64,000 nt of DNA, taken from an uncultured Chloroflexia bacterium. GTDB lineage: Bacteria > Chloroflexota > Chloroflexia > Thermomicrobiales > UBA6265. Shown piece by piece: positions 53,422-63,960 of the stretch. A program made the translations under genes and the position numbers. Every line of letters begins with the position of its first letter. The stretch's first letter is position 1. The stretch lies in the NCBI GenBank assembly GCA_963724295.1, contig CAVRUC010000008.1, positions 128,001-192,000 of the forward strand, written 5' to 3'. Under the pieces are notes generated by a model. It was given only the letters and a program-made list of their open reading frames with translations, was not told the origin of the DNA and ran no database searches.

Positions 53422-54332
53422 TGGCGGATGCGGTGGCGAACCCAGGAGGGCCGGGACAGGTCACGCTCGCCTCACCGGAAGCGCCCAAACTCATTTCCCA
53501 GCGCCAGCGCGCGCTGCGGACGTTCACCGGCAACCGCACGGCGGTTGTCGGTCTGGCCATGATCCTGATCATCGTGTTCATCGCCATCGCCGCACCGCTC
53601 CTGGCGCCGTACGATCCGCTCGATCAGAGCGTGAGCAGCCGTCTCGATCCGCCGTCCCGCGAGCACCCGATGGGTCTGGACGACAAGGGGCGCGACATCC
53701 TCTCCCGCGTCATCTATGGAACGCGGATTGCCCTTATGGTTGGGTTCTTCTCCGTCCTGGTCGGTGGCGCGCTGGGGACGGCCATTGGCGTCGCGGCCGG
53801 CTACTTCGGTGGCAAGATCGACAGCGCGCTGATGCGCCTCACGGACGTGATGCTGGCGTTCCCCGACCTCATCACCGGGTTGCTGGTCCTGGCAGTCCTC
53901 GGACCCGGTCTGTGGAAGATGATCTTCGCCATCGGTCTCACCATCGCGCCGCGGTTCGCCCGCATTGCCTACGGCCCGACGCTGGCGATCAAGGGCAAAG
54001 AGTTCGTCGAGGCGGCACGCTCGATTGGCGTGCGGGACGTGCGATTGCTACGCGTCCACATCCTCCCCAACGTCGGCGGCGACCTGCTCGTCTTCGGCAG
54101 TCTCTGGACGGCGTCGGCCATTCGTCTGGAGGCCAGCCTGAGCTTCATCGGTCTCGGCGTGGCCCCGCCGACGCCGACCTGGGGTCAGATGATCCGCGAG
54201 GGCACGATCCACCTGACCACGGTGCCGATGTACTCGCTCGGACCGGGACTTGCTCTCCTGCTTACCGTCTTCGCCTTCAACCTCGTTGGCGACGGTCTGC
54301 GCGATGTGCTCGACCCCAAAGCCAGGGCATGA
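53421..54332 (+). CDS. Peptide ABC permease (DppC-like)
   Basis: HPMGLDDKGRDILSRV, EASLSFIG; TGATG overlap gives start 53421. Confidence 0.93.
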   Translation: MADAVANPGGPGQVTLASPEAPKLISQRQRALRTFTGNRTAVVGLAMILIIVFIAIAAPLLAPYDPLDQSVSSRLDPPSREHPMGLDDKGRDILSRVIYGTRIALMVGFFSVLVGGALGTAIGVAAGYFGGKIDSALMRLTDVMLAFPDLITGLLVLAVLGPGLWKMIFAIGLTIAPRFARIAYGPTLAIKGKEFVEAARSIGVRDVRLLRVHILPNVGGDLLVFGSLWTASAIRLEASLSFIGLGVAPPTPTWGQMIREGTIHLTTVPMYSLGPGLALLLTVFAFNLVGDGLRDVLDPKARA

Positions 54333-54532
54333 CGCCGGCTGGGCGCGGAAGTCGACCAGAGACACGCTGCCCTATCTGCGGCGGTGCCGGACCTGTCGAC
54401 GCCGGCAATCTCAATGGCGTTGACGGGTGTAGGATAGGACGCGTCAGCTATCGCATGGAGACGGCAAGGACGAGACTAGGCCGCTAGCTAACGGCTAAAA
54501 GCCGATAGCCAGGCACTAAAAAGGACGCAGCC

Positions 54533-55651
54533 ATGTACTTCAAGCAGTTTCTCGACGAACGATGTGGCTGCGCGTCGTACCTGGTTGCTTCCCGCCAGAG
54601 TCATGAGGCCGCGATCATCGATCCATCGATTGCCATCGAGGAGTACGAGACGCTCCTCGCCCAACGCGGCTTCCGCCTCCGCTATGCGATCGATACGCAC
54701 ATCCACGCCGACCATGTTTCAGGGGCCCGCCGTCTCGTTGCCAGGCAGGGTGGAGATGTCTGTCTCCACGAAGCGGCGCAGGTTGCATACCCGTTCCGGC
54801 CGCTCCATGACGGCGAGGAGCTTACGCTTGGGCAGTTGCGATTGCGCGTGCTGCACACGCCCGGCCACCGACCCGAGCTCGTCTCGATCCTGATCGTCAA
54901 TCCGGAGCGCAGCCCGGAGCCATCGATGGTGCTCACCGGTGACTCGCTGCTGGTCGGGGACGTGGGACGACCAGATTTCGGCGGAGGAGATGCCGCGGCC
55001 CAATACGAGAGCCTGAACCGGCTGCTGCGCCTCCCGGACTGGGTGGCGGTCTTCCCTGGACACTTCGAGGGACCGTGCGGCAAGGGGATGTGCGGTCGGC
55101 CGAGCACCACGATCGGCTTCGAGCGCCTCTTCAACCCCCTGGCGCGCCTCGACCGGGTTCCATTCATCGACCACCTCAGCGAGGCCGTGCCGGCCCGCCC
55201 GCTCAATATCACGGCGATCGAGGCGACGAATCGCGGTCTGGCCGACCGTCCGTGGGCAATGCTCGCGACCAACCCGGCAGTGGACGAGGTCAGCCTGGAA
55301 GAGGTGGAATCCCGCGATCCCAGCGCCATCGTGCTCGATGTGCGCGAGCCGGTCGAGTACGCGGCGGGTCATGTGCCAGGTTCCGTCAATCTCCCCCAAG
55401 CCGATCTCGCCGATCGTCTCGACGAGCTGCCGCGAGATCTCCCGTTGCTCCTGATCTGCCAGGGTGGCTATCGCTCACAGCGCGCCGCCCAGTTCCTCAA
55501 ACAAATGGGCTTCGAGCTGGTCTCCAGCGTTGCCGGAGGGACGGCCGCCTGGGCCGAGGCCGGAAAGCCGCTCGGCCGAGGCGAGGTTGACGCTCAGGCT
55601 ACGCGGGTCATCGAGACCGAGTGGGCCCACGCGGGGGGCAGCGCGGTCTAG
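54533..55651 (+). CDS. MBL-fold persulfide dioxygenase-like - rhodanese fusion
   Basis: THIHADH, TPGH, GDVGRPD; LDVRE..EYAAGHVPG, CQGGYRS. Confidence 0.92.
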   Translation: MYFKQFLDERCGCASYLVASRQSHEAAIIDPSIAIEEYETLLAQRGFRLRYAIDTHIHADHVSGARRLVARQGGDVCLHEAAQVAYPFRPLHDGEELTLGQLRLRVLHTPGHRPELVSILIVNPERSPEPSMVLTGDSLLVGDVGRPDFGGGDAAAQYESLNRLLRLPDWVAVFPGHFEGPCGKGMCGRPSTTIGFERLFNPLARLDRVPFIDHLSEAVPARPLNITAIEATNRGLADRPWAMLATNPAVDEVSLEEVESRDPSAIVLDVREPVEYAAGHVPGSVNLPQADLADRLDELPRDLPLLLICQGGYRSQRAAQFLKQMGFELVSSVAGGTAAWAEAGKPLGRGEVDAQATRVIETEWAHAGGSAV

Positions 55652-55669
55652 CAGCAGCGTAGCAAGCTG

Positions 55670-56089
55670 CTAACCTTCTCGGTTGGGCGTGCCCAGGACG
55701 TGGCTGTTGAACGGCTGCATCACGTTGTCGAAGATCTGCGTGAACATCGCGGCGGAGAAGAACCCGACCGCGCGCAGTGTCTCCGTGCCGGTGTTGACCA
55801 GATCATGCCCGACGTTGGTCGGCAGCACGAAGACGCTGCCCGGTCCAACCGGAAAGACGCCGTCGTCACGGCGCAGCTCGCCGGTTCCAGAGACGATATA
55901 TTGGGTCTCCTCGGTCTGATCGGTGTGCCAGCCGAGCCGCGCGCCCGGCTCGATCTCGAAGACGATCGTCGTCGACTGGTCCGCGCCGTGTCCTCCGTAA
56001 GAGACGAAGGCGCCTTGCCAGCGAACGGAATCGTCGCCGTCCCCGTGGATCTGCGCGCGCGGCAGGTCAAACGTCGCGACCGGGTCCAT
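55670..56089 (-). CDS. Cupin domain protein
   Basis: HTDQTEE and GHDLVNTG motifs. Confidence 0.88.
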   Translation of the reverse strand: MDPVATFDLPRAQIHGDGDDSVRWQGAFVSYGGHGADQSTTIVFEIEPGARLGWHTDQTEETQYIVSGTGELRRDDGVFPVGPGSVFVLPTNVGHDLVNTGTETLRAVGFFSAAMFTQIFDNVMQPFNSHVLGTPNREG

Positions 56090-56223
56090 GCCATCCCTTT
56101 CACCGTTTAGCTGGGCGAATCTCATCTCTCCGGCACGGCAACCGACACGGCGAGCGCCGCACCAAGCGTCATGTCCCGGACGATCGCTAGGGTACACCTG
56201 AACCCGGCGACGTCAACCGGCGG

Positions 56224-56379
56224 GAGTCGGAGGTCGGAGGTCGGAGGTCGGGAGTAGACGGCAAGACGGCTCGTAGGGGCGACGCCCGCGTCACCCGCCA
56301 CCCATCACCCGCACGGCCGCTAGCGAGCCGAACGATCCTCGCCAGCGGCAACGATCCTCCGACCCCCGACCTCCGACTC
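56224..56379. repeat. Heptamer (GGAGGTC) tandem arrays in inverted orientation enclosing a GTAG REP-like hairpin
   Basis: 56224-56247 is the reverse complement of 56356-56379 with 1 mismatch; GTAGGGGCGACGCCCGCGTCACCC at 56273. Confidence 0.8.
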
Positions 56380-56380
56380 G

Positions 56381-56839
56381 TCAAGCGTCGCGCTCCGGCG
56401 AGAGACATGTGGCGGGCAGTGGTGGCACCCCGGGAGCCAGTTCACTCGGGCCGTAGAGCAGCGTCATCATCGACCTGGAGAGTGGCTGCCAGAACGCGCA
56501 CGCGTCTCGCAGGACCTTCAGCGCAACGTCCCACTGCTCAGGCTCGTCGGTCGCGAACCGGTCGAACCCGTCGAGTACCAGCACGTACCCGGCGGCAGGC
56601 AGCCAGTTGAGATCGGTGAGACAGTCGTAGACGGCGTCCCAGTTGTTCCCGAAGTAGTCCGGGAAGCAGAGTGTGCGGGCAAGCTGATGGAAGAACCCGG
56701 CGCGAGTCGCGGCCTCAGTGCCGTCGAGAACCGCGACGGCGAGCTCGGGTGGAAATGCGTCCTGGCGCAGAATCTGCTCACGCTCCGCCGCGTCGATCAG
56801 GTAGACGCCCGAAGGGCAGCGGTCGGAGCCTCCGCTCAC
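56381..56839 (-). CDS. Barstar family protein
   Basis: FPDYFGNNWDAVYDCLTDL motif. Confidence 0.88.
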   Translation of the reverse strand: MSGGSDRCPSGVYLIDAAEREQILRQDAFPPELAVAVLDGTEAATRAGFFHQLARTLCFPDYFGNNWDAVYDCLTDLNWLPAAGYVLVLDGFDRFATDEPEQWDVALKVLRDACAFWQPLSRSMMTLLYGPSELAPGVPPLPATCLSPERDA

Positions 56840-56855
56840 ATCCGCGCTCAGTGGG

Positions 56856-58080
56856 TCAATCCTCGGCACTGATCCGATAGAGCAGACCGTTCTCGTCGTC
56901 GGAGACGATGAGGCTGCCATCCGGGGCGACCACCACCCCGCCGGTCGGCCCCATCGCTCGCCGCTGGCATCCTGCCACCCGGTGGCGAAATCGCGCGCCG
57001 CAACCGGCTCCCCATCCTCGAAGTCGATCAGCAGCAGCTTCGGCGCCGCCGGTGGCTCCCGGTTCCAGGAGCCATGCTGGGCGACGATGAGGTCGCCATC
57101 CAGATCGCTTGGAATCCCCTCACCATCCAGGAACGCGAGACCGAGCGGCGCGGAGTGGGCCTGGATGCCGATCGTCGGTGGGGTCACACCGGAGCAGTCG
57201 GCTCCTGGCTCCTGGGGGGTCGCATCCGGCGGCAGGCATGCCGGCCAGCCATAGTCGCCACCCTCTTCGACGATCGTGACCAGATCGGGCGGGATCTCGT
57301 TGCCCTGGTTGTCGCGCTCGTTCACCGTGGCCCAGAGCAGATCGGTTCCTGGTTGGAAGTCAAGCCCAACCGGGTTTCGCAACCCGGTGGCGATGATCTC
57401 CAGATCGCTCCCGTCCGGATTGGCGCGGGAGATTGTCGAGCGAATTGGCTCCTGCTCCAGACAGATATTGCAGGATGATCCGACCGCGAGATAGAGCATC
57501 CCGTCCGGACCGAAGGCCACGGTGCGGGTGCGATGCCCGCCGGTGGGGAGATCGGGGATGACGACCTCCTGGGCGCCGACCGATCCGGCCGGGTCGTAGG
57601 CAAAGCGGCTAACTTGATGGATCTCCCCGACGTAGAGGTAGTCCCCCTCATCCGTGGTGAAGAACGCCACACTCGCTGGTTGCTGTAGCCCCGAGAGGAA
57701 CACTCCGGCTCCCCAAGCTGGCCATCGGTGAACAGGAAGCGATAGACGATCCCCTGACGACCCGTTCCAACCAGGAGATTCCCAGCGTCGTCGAAGGCCA
57801 TGAAGCGGGGATCACCCAAGCCCGCCGCGACTGCTGAGATGGTATATCCGGGTTGGATCTCCAGCACCTGCCCGGAGACACCGAAGCCAGCGGGATCGCC
57901 AAGCTCGACCTCGACCAGCTCGGGATTCGCGGTTTCCGCATCGTCGACCAGGAGGACCGGTCTCTCCTGGGCCGAGACGACCGGATGATCGGTGACGAAC
58001 GGCAGCGCGCCGGCAATGAGCAATCCGAGTATGGCGGCAATGCGAGCAAGGCGATGGAATAGAGAAATTCCGCGGGACAT
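56856..58080 (-). CDS. PQQ-dependent sugar/sorbosone dehydrogenase, frameshifts near 57705 and 56940
   Basis: GGHRTR, VGSSCN, GLRNPVG, YGWP, AHSAPLG, HGSWNR, GRP; signal peptide. Confidence 0.88.
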
Positions 58081-58097
58081 TCTCGATTCCCTTTCGT

Positions 58098-59450
58098 CTA
58101 GGCGTATGCGGCGCCGTCCAGAGCCCGTTTGCGGCGCCGTCCGGCTCCGTAGAGGACGTCGTTACCGTCCTGGTCGACCGGAGGATAGAGCAACCGCTCC
58201 GGCCGTTCCCACCATCCCGGCCGGCTGGTTGCCCTCCATCCCGGGAGCTCGCCCGCCGCCAGACTTTGCGCCAGGGTCGCCAGTGGCGTCGGGCGGGGCG
58301 CCGGACCGCGGATGTCGAATACACCGGGCTCGTAGTGCCCGTCCTCCCGGGTCACCAGGCAGTGCCAGTTCCACGCGCCGAGGAGGGACCAGATGGTCAC
58401 CGCGCGAATATCGACACCGCTTTCCTCGAGCTGGTTGGCGTCTTGCCAAACCTGCGAGAGCCAGCGCACCTGCTCATTCAGCGTCGATCCCAGATGGGCC
58501 TCGGTAATGGCCACCGGGCGGCGATACCGCTGCCAGACCTCTTCCAGCAGACCGGCCGGACTCGGCGACCAATCCGCGAGCACGCGCACAGCCTCGACGT
58601 CGGCGTAGGCGTCGCGCCCGTTGCCACCGTGAGTGCTAGCCGGATAGCGGCGTCGCCGGTGGTCGAGGAACCGCTCGCTGGTCACGTAGTAATTGCCGCC
58701 GATGATGTCGGGTGGACAGGGGTGCTCGCGAAACGGGTCCAGCTCGTGCTGGGTCAGCCCCAGCCAGCACAAATGCTGCCACAGGGCATGGTTCTCGGTC
58801 ACTCGCCCACACAGCAGATCGAGTGACAACCAGCGGCGTTCGTTCTCGTAATCAGCCTGGTATCGCAGCGGCGGCGTGCTCCAGATGCGACCCAGATCCT
58901 CGGTCTGGACGAGCTGAGCGTCGGGATTGACGTGCCGAATCTCCCGCATCGCCAGCTGGACGGCCAGGCACTCGTGGACGAGCGCGCGCACCATCTGCCG
59001 TTCATCGCGGGCGTGCGGATGCCAATGTCCGTAGAGCGCCGCGAAGCGGGCAGTCGTCAGTGGCTCATTGATCGGCGTAAAGGCATCGACCCACGGGTAC
59101 CGCTCGCTGACCGCTCGCGCAAATCGCGCCAGGTGGTGCGGGAACTCTGGATCGAGCAATCCCGTCCAGCGCGGGCCGCTGCCGTGATGGCAGAGTCCGA
59201 CGATCGGCCGGATGCCAAGCTCGCGAAGGCGCGCCAGGCGCTCGTCGGTCCAGCTCCAGTCGGGCTGCGCGGGATCCGTGGGGACCACGCGCTCCCAGAG
59301 GACGGGGTAACGAAGCGCTTTGAGACCGAGGTCGGCGAATCGATCGAGATCGTCGAGCCGCTGCTCGTGACCGGTCAGGACGACCTGGTCAAAGTAGCGG
59401 TCACCGACGCGGTTGACCGTGCACTCGATTCCGCCCCAGAGCTCCAGCAT
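58098..59450 (-). CDS. Family 1 glycoside hydrolase-like protein
   Basis: WGGIECTVNR, TPINEP, ITEAH. Confidence 0.85.
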   Translation of the reverse strand: MLELWGGIECTVNRVGDRYFDQVVLTGHEQRLDDLDRFADLGLKALRYPVLWERVVPTDPAQPDWSWTDERLARLRELGIRPIVGLCHHGSGPRWTGLLDPEFPHHLARFARAVSERYPWVDAFTPINEPLTTARFAALYGHWHPHARDERQMVRALVHECLAVQLAMREIRHVNPDAQLVQTEDLGRIWSTPPLRYQADYENERRWLSLDLLCGRVTENHALWQHLCWLGLTQHELDPFREHPCPPDIIGGNYYVTSERFLDHRRRRYPASTHGGNGRDAYADVEAVRVLADWSPSPAGLLEEVWQRYRRPVAITEAHLGSTLNEQVRWLSQVWQDANQLEESGVDIRAVTIWSLLGAWNWHCLVTREDGHYEPGVFDIRGPAPRPTPLATLAQSLAAGELPGWRATSRPGWWERPERLLYPPVDQDGNDVLYGAGRRRKRALDGAAYA

Positions 59451-59459
59451 AGAACTGTT

Positions 59460-60569
59460 CTACGCCACAGTCAGGATGCGAGCGGAGCGAATGCGCTGCC
59501 AGACCGTGAGGGCCTGGGCCACCACCTGATCCATGTTGTAGTAGCGATAGGTGGCCAGCCGTCCCGCGAAATGGACGTTGGGCGTCTGCTGCGCGAGGGC
59601 CTCGTACGCCTTGTAGCGCTCGGCGTTGTCCGGCCGTGGAATCGGATAGTACGGGTCGCCCTCAGCACGCGGGTACTCGTAGACGATGGTCGTCATGGGG
59701 TGCCGCTGGCCGGTCAGGTGCTTGAACTCCGTGACGCGCGTGTAGTCGTAGTCGTTCGGGTAATTGATCGTGCCCACCGGCTGGAAGACCTCGGTAGGAT
59801 GGGTCTCGAACCGGAACTCGAGCGACCGGTAGGGCAGAGGACCGAACTGGTAGCCGAAGTACTCGTCGACCGGACCCGTCCAGATCAGCTCCCGATACGG
59901 AACAAAGTCCTCGATCTCCCGGTAATCGGTGTTGAGCATGATCTTGATATTGGGGTGGTCAAGCATGCGCTCGAACATCCGCGTGTAGCCGTGCTTTGGC
60001 ATCACCTGGAAGCGGTCGGTGAAGTACCGGTCATCACGATTCGTGCGGGTCGGGATGCGGGCTGTCACCTGCGCGTCGAGCTCAGAGGGCTCGACCCCCC
60101 ATTGCTTACGGGTATATCCCCGGAAGAAGGTGTTGTAGAGATGGCGACCGACTTTGCTCACCACCGCGTCTTCGGCGGTCAGGACGCGTTCCCGCGGCTC
60201 GGCGACGCTCTCGAAATAGGAGGTCAGCTCGTCTGATGTCAGGTTCAGCCCATAAAGGGTATTGATGGTATCGAGATTGATCGGGATCGGCACGAGGCGC
60301 CCTTCCACACTGGCCAGCACACGATGCTGATAGGGGCGCCACTCGGTGAACTGGGAGAGATACTCGAAGATCTCGGGCGCATTGGCATGGAAGATGTGCG
60401 GACCATACCGGTGGATGAGGATCCCCGCGTCATCAAACGTATCAAAGGCATTGCCGGCGATATGCGGCCGCCGGTCGATGAGCAGGACGCGCGCACCGTC
60501 TTCGCGGGCAAGGCGCTCGGCCAGCACGCTGCCGGCGAACCCGGCGCCAACGATCAGGAAGTCGAACAT
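59460..60569 (-). CDS. glf: UDP-galactopyranose mutase
   Basis: VGAGFAG, HRYGPHIFH, PYYP, GRLATYRYYNMDQ. Confidence 0.96.
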   Translation of the reverse strand: MFDFLIVGAGFAGSVLAERLAREDGARVLLIDRRPHIAGNAFDTFDDAGILIHRYGPHIFHANAPEIFEYLSQFTEWRPYQHRVLASVEGRLVPIPINLDTINTLYGLNLTSDELTSYFESVAEPRERVLTAEDAVVSKVGRHLYNTFFRGYTRKQWGVEPSELDAQVTARIPTRTNRDDRYFTDRFQVMPKHGYTRMFERMLDHPNIKIMLNTDYREIEDFVPYRELIWTGPVDEYFGYQFGPLPYRSLEFRFETHPTEVFQPVGTINYPNDYDYTRVTEFKHLTGQRHPMTTIVYEYPRAEGDPYYPIPRPDNAERYKAYEALAQQTPNVHFAGRLATYRYYNMDQVVAQALTVWQRIRSARILTVA

Positions 60570-60576
60570 CGCCGGA

Positions 60577-61707
60577 TCAGGCCGTGAGTGCCGCGGTCTC
60601 AGCCGCGGGCAGGATCATCGTCGTGCTGGCGCGGGACATGACTGCCAGCATCGACTCGGCGATGCAGTCCCAATCGTGCGCGGCGACGAGGCGCGCCGCG
60701 TGGGCACGCCACTGCCGGTCAGCCTCACTGGTCCGGTTCAACACCGCTTCGGCGGCGGCAACGAACGCTTCTCCCGTCGTGGCGATCTCGACAGCGTCGC
60801 CATAGAGCGTGATCACGTCGGTGATCGGGGTCGAGACGACCGGCTTGCCGCCCGCCAGGTACTCGAGCGTCTTGGTCGGGGATATCGCCCGCGTCGCCTC
60901 GTTGCGGGCAAAGGGCATGAGCGCCACGTCGAAGCACGCCAGGAACGCCGGAAGATCATCGTAGGCTTGCTGGCCGAAGCGGACGATGTTGCTTCTCTCG
61001 GGGATGCTGCTTTCGTCGATCTTTGCCACCGGACCGATCAGCGCGATCGTCCAGTCCGGTCGCAGATCGGCGATCTCCGCCAGCAGGTCCAGGTCCAGGC
61101 GCTCGTCGATCACTCCGTAATACCCCAGGATCGGGCGCCGCTGGTGCGCCAGTCCCTCATGAGGCGACGCCTTGCTCGATGCGAAGTGAGCCGCTTCGAC
61201 CCCGGACGGGAAGCAATGCACCGAGGGGTGCATATCCCGCCGCTGGCGGTACAGCGTCGGGCCACCGGTGAACACCAGGTCCACTTCCGAGAGCAGACGC
61301 GCCTCGCGAATGCGCAATTCCGGCGGCGCGGCGCGGAAGCTGGCGAGATCGTCCATCGCGTCATAGACGGTGAGGCGAGGCCGAACGGTCGCGGGCTCGG
61401 CGCCGAGGGCCATCGGCGTGTAATACCAGAGAATCGGGTCCGTGCCGGGGCGGACAAACGGCTCGACCAATTGCGAGATCTGCCCGTTGACGTGGTTCCC
61501 GAACCCGTACTTTTCGGTGGTCCTTGGCAGCAGCGGAGTTACCACGGTGACTCCGTGATCCTGCCGCACGTGCAGATCGGCGCCCTGGAGGTGATACTCC
61601 GGCTCCTCGACAACGACTACCGGCATCTCCCGTGCGAAACGCGTGAGCAGATGCTGAGGCCGCTGCCAGACAAATCCCCAGCGCAGATGTGAGAACGCGA
61701 CCAGCAT
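60577..61707 (-). CDS. Glycosyltransferase (GT-B, glf-associated)
   Basis: SHLRWGFVWQRPQHL, GVIDERLD, ISPTKTLEYLAGG. Confidence 0.9.
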   Translation of the reverse strand: MLVAFSHLRWGFVWQRPQHLLTRFAREMPVVVVEEPEYHLQGADLHVRQDHGVTVVTPLLPRTTEKYGFGNHVNGQISQLVEPFVRPGTDPILWYYTPMALGAEPATVRPRLTVYDAMDDLASFRAAPPELRIREARLLSEVDLVFTGGPTLYRQRRDMHPSVHCFPSGVEAAHFASSKASPHEGLAHQRRPILGYYGVIDERLDLDLLAEIADLRPDWTIALIGPVAKIDESSIPERSNIVRFGQQAYDDLPAFLACFDVALMPFARNEATRAISPTKTLEYLAGGKPVVSTPITDVITLYGDAVEIATTGEAFVAAAEAVLNRTSEADRQWRAHAARLVAAHDWDCIAESMLAVMSRASTTMILPAAETAALTA

Positions 61708-61854
61708 GCAATCCCCATTCGTCGGTGGCTAGCACCACACCAGACACTAGCGCCGCGGTCGAATCCGCGGCACGCGCTCGAGACAGCGTGCGAGCTACCC
61801 AGAGACTGTGTCCCTTAAATGCAGAAAACATGCCACGGGGTAACGATGTCGTGG

Positions 61855-63735
61855 TTAGTCGCGGTTGCTGACGCCTCCGCTGATGGCCACCGTCGTTTTT
61901 CTGGCTGATTTTCGGGATGCCTTGCGCTGGAGACGCGCCGCTTCGATGCGTTGAAACTCGGGTCCCGTGGTCGCCTCGGCAATGCGTTCGATGGGAAACT
62001 TCGGCGTTCGATCCGCGTACAGCAGACCGTTTCTCTCCTGGTAGGTATCGGCGAATTGGGTGTAGCAAAACCCGGACAGAAGCGGGATGTGGCGCACCGT
62101 CTGCAGGAGCCGGGAGTATGCCTCTTCCAGATCCTCGGGGGTGTCGACCTCGCTGTATCCCCAGCTATCATCCCGCTCCTCTGGAGGGGCATAGGCGATC
62201 CCGCCAAACTCGGTGAGCACCACAGGCTGACCGGCAGGCTCGTGCCCACCCAGGGTGGAGAGGCGCCCACCCGGACGCACCCGGCGCAGGATGGTCGGAA
62301 TATCCTCGTGTCCCCAGTACCGCTGATGGATGCGAGCCGGGTCTTCGTCGTAGTCATGGACACCTATGATGTCGGTCTCAGCGCTCTCCCATCCATCGTT
62401 GCCGACAACGGGGCGGGTGGGATCGAGCGCCTTCGTCAAGTGGTAGAGCGCCTGGATAAAGTGCTGCTGCGGCGGATGCGTGGGCAGGTCCGGCACCCCC
62501 CAGGACTCATTGAACGGCACCCAGGTGACGACACTCGGATGGCTGACGTCGCGCAGCAGTGCGGCGGTCCACTCTCGGACGAGACGATCGATGCTGCCCA
62601 GGGTGAAGCGATAGGCGCTGGGCATCTCCTCCCAGACCAGCAGTCCCAGGCGATCCGCCCAGTAGAGGTAGCGCGGATCCTCGATCTTCTGGTGCTTGCG
62701 AACGCCGTTGAAACCCATGGCCTTGGCGAGCTCCACGTCGCGTCGCAGGGCATTCCCATCCGGGGCCGTCATGCCGCTGTCGGGCCAGTACCCCTGATCG
62801 AGGACCAGTCGCAGGTGCAGAGAGCGGTTATTCAGAACGAATCGGTCCCCTTCGACACCGACCGCTCGCAGCGCCGTGTAGCTGAAGATTTCGTCGATGA
62901 CCTCGCCGTCTGGGCCCAGGAGGCGCAGCGTGGCGTCGATCAGGGTCGGTGAGTCCGGGCTCCAGAGCAGCTCATTGCGAAAGTCGTCGATCCCGGGATC
63001 GGAGAGCGCGATGCGACGATGCACTTCGCCGGAGACGACTGAATAGACGTCGTGCGCCAGGTGGCGCTCCGAGTCATCGACCAGCGCCGTCAGGATGACT
63101 TCGAGCCGGAGATCATCCCGGCTCTCCCCTTCGATGAAGACCTCACAGGCGATATCCCAGGCCATCAGGCCGGGTATCCATCGCAACGAGTCGATCCAGG
63201 ACTCCGGTCGTCGCTCCAGCCAGACTGTCTGCCAGATGCCGGTCGTTCTGGGATACCAGATGGAATGCGGTTCCAGCTGCCAGTCCTGCTTGCCGCGCGG
63301 CTTGGCCAGGTCGTGCGGGTCATCCTCGGCGCAGACGATGACCTCGTGCTCCGTACCAGCGAGCAGGAAATCGGTGATATCGATCGAAAACGGCGTGTAG
63401 CCACCCTCGTGACAGCCCGCGTACGATCCATCGACCCAGACCCGGGCCGAGTGATCGACCGCTCCGAACATGAGGAATATGCGCTCCGCGCCCTGTGCCG
63501 GCGGAATCTCGACGGTGCGCCTGTACCAGCACGAGCGGAAAAACCCCTCGGCGGCGACCCCACTCAACAACGTCTCCGGTGCAAAGGGAACGATGATCGA
63601 TCGATCCCAGGGAACCTCACCGGGGAGCGACCAGTCGCCTTCCGGGTCGAGAGCGAAATCCCAGCGTCCGTCGAGCGACTCCCAGCGTGCTCGCTGCAGC
63701 TGAGGTCGAGGATGGATTTCCGATACACCGGCCAT
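61855..63735 (-). CDS. Glycoside hydrolase family 2
   Basis: HPRPQL, HEGGYTPF, RKHQKIE, FNESWG, TEFGG; GGAGGAG RBS before ATG 63735. Confidence 0.92.
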   Translation of the reverse strand: MAGVSEIHPRPQLQRARWESLDGRWDFALDPEGDWSLPGEVPWDRSIIVPFAPETLLSGVAAEGFFRSCWYRRTVEIPPAQGAERIFLMFGAVDHSARVWVDGSYAGCHEGGYTPFSIDITDFLLAGTEHEVIVCAEDDPHDLAKPRGKQDWQLEPHSIWYPRTTGIWQTVWLERRPESWIDSLRWIPGLMAWDIACEVFIEGESRDDLRLEVILTALVDDSERHLAHDVYSVVSGEVHRRIALSDPGIDDFRNELLWSPDSPTLIDATLRLLGPDGEVIDEIFSYTALRAVGVEGDRFVLNNRSLHLRLVLDQGYWPDSGMTAPDGNALRRDVELAKAMGFNGVRKHQKIEDPRYLYWADRLGLLVWEEMPSAYRFTLGSIDRLVREWTAALLRDVSHPSVVTWVPFNESWGVPDLPTHPPQQHFIQALYHLTKALDPTRPVVGNDGWESAETDIIGVHDYDEDPARIHQRYWGHEDIPTILRRVRPGGRLSTLGGHEPAGQPVVLTEFGGIAYAPPEERDDSWGYSEVDTPEDLEEAYSRLLQTVRHIPLLSGFCYTQFADTYQERNGLLYADRTPKFPIERIAEATTGPEFQRIEAARLQRKASRKSARKTTVAISGGVSNRD

Positions 63736-63960
63736 GCATGCTCCTCCACGGCAATCGCGGAGCGTCCGGATCGATCCCGGGGCGCGTCGCGATGCGGGCG
63801 TCATTGTAAGCACGGGCGAGCTGAGCACGCGCGGAGAATTTCGTACCCCCGCGTACGTACGCATTAGTATAGCGGGGTGTTCAGATCTGGTGTCTCAGTT
63901 CCGAGACCCGGCGGAGCGCTACAGTGCGGCGATGCCGCCACCATCAGCCAGGAGTGCCCG

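Noticed and set aside
54440..54530. Hairpins upstream of MBL-rhodanese as a riboswitch
   Set aside because: No match to a riboswitch consensus I can recognise
56381..57703. Sugar dehydrogenase-barstar 'fusion' ORF
   Set aside because: Frameshift near 56940; the corrected dehydrogenase stops at 56856
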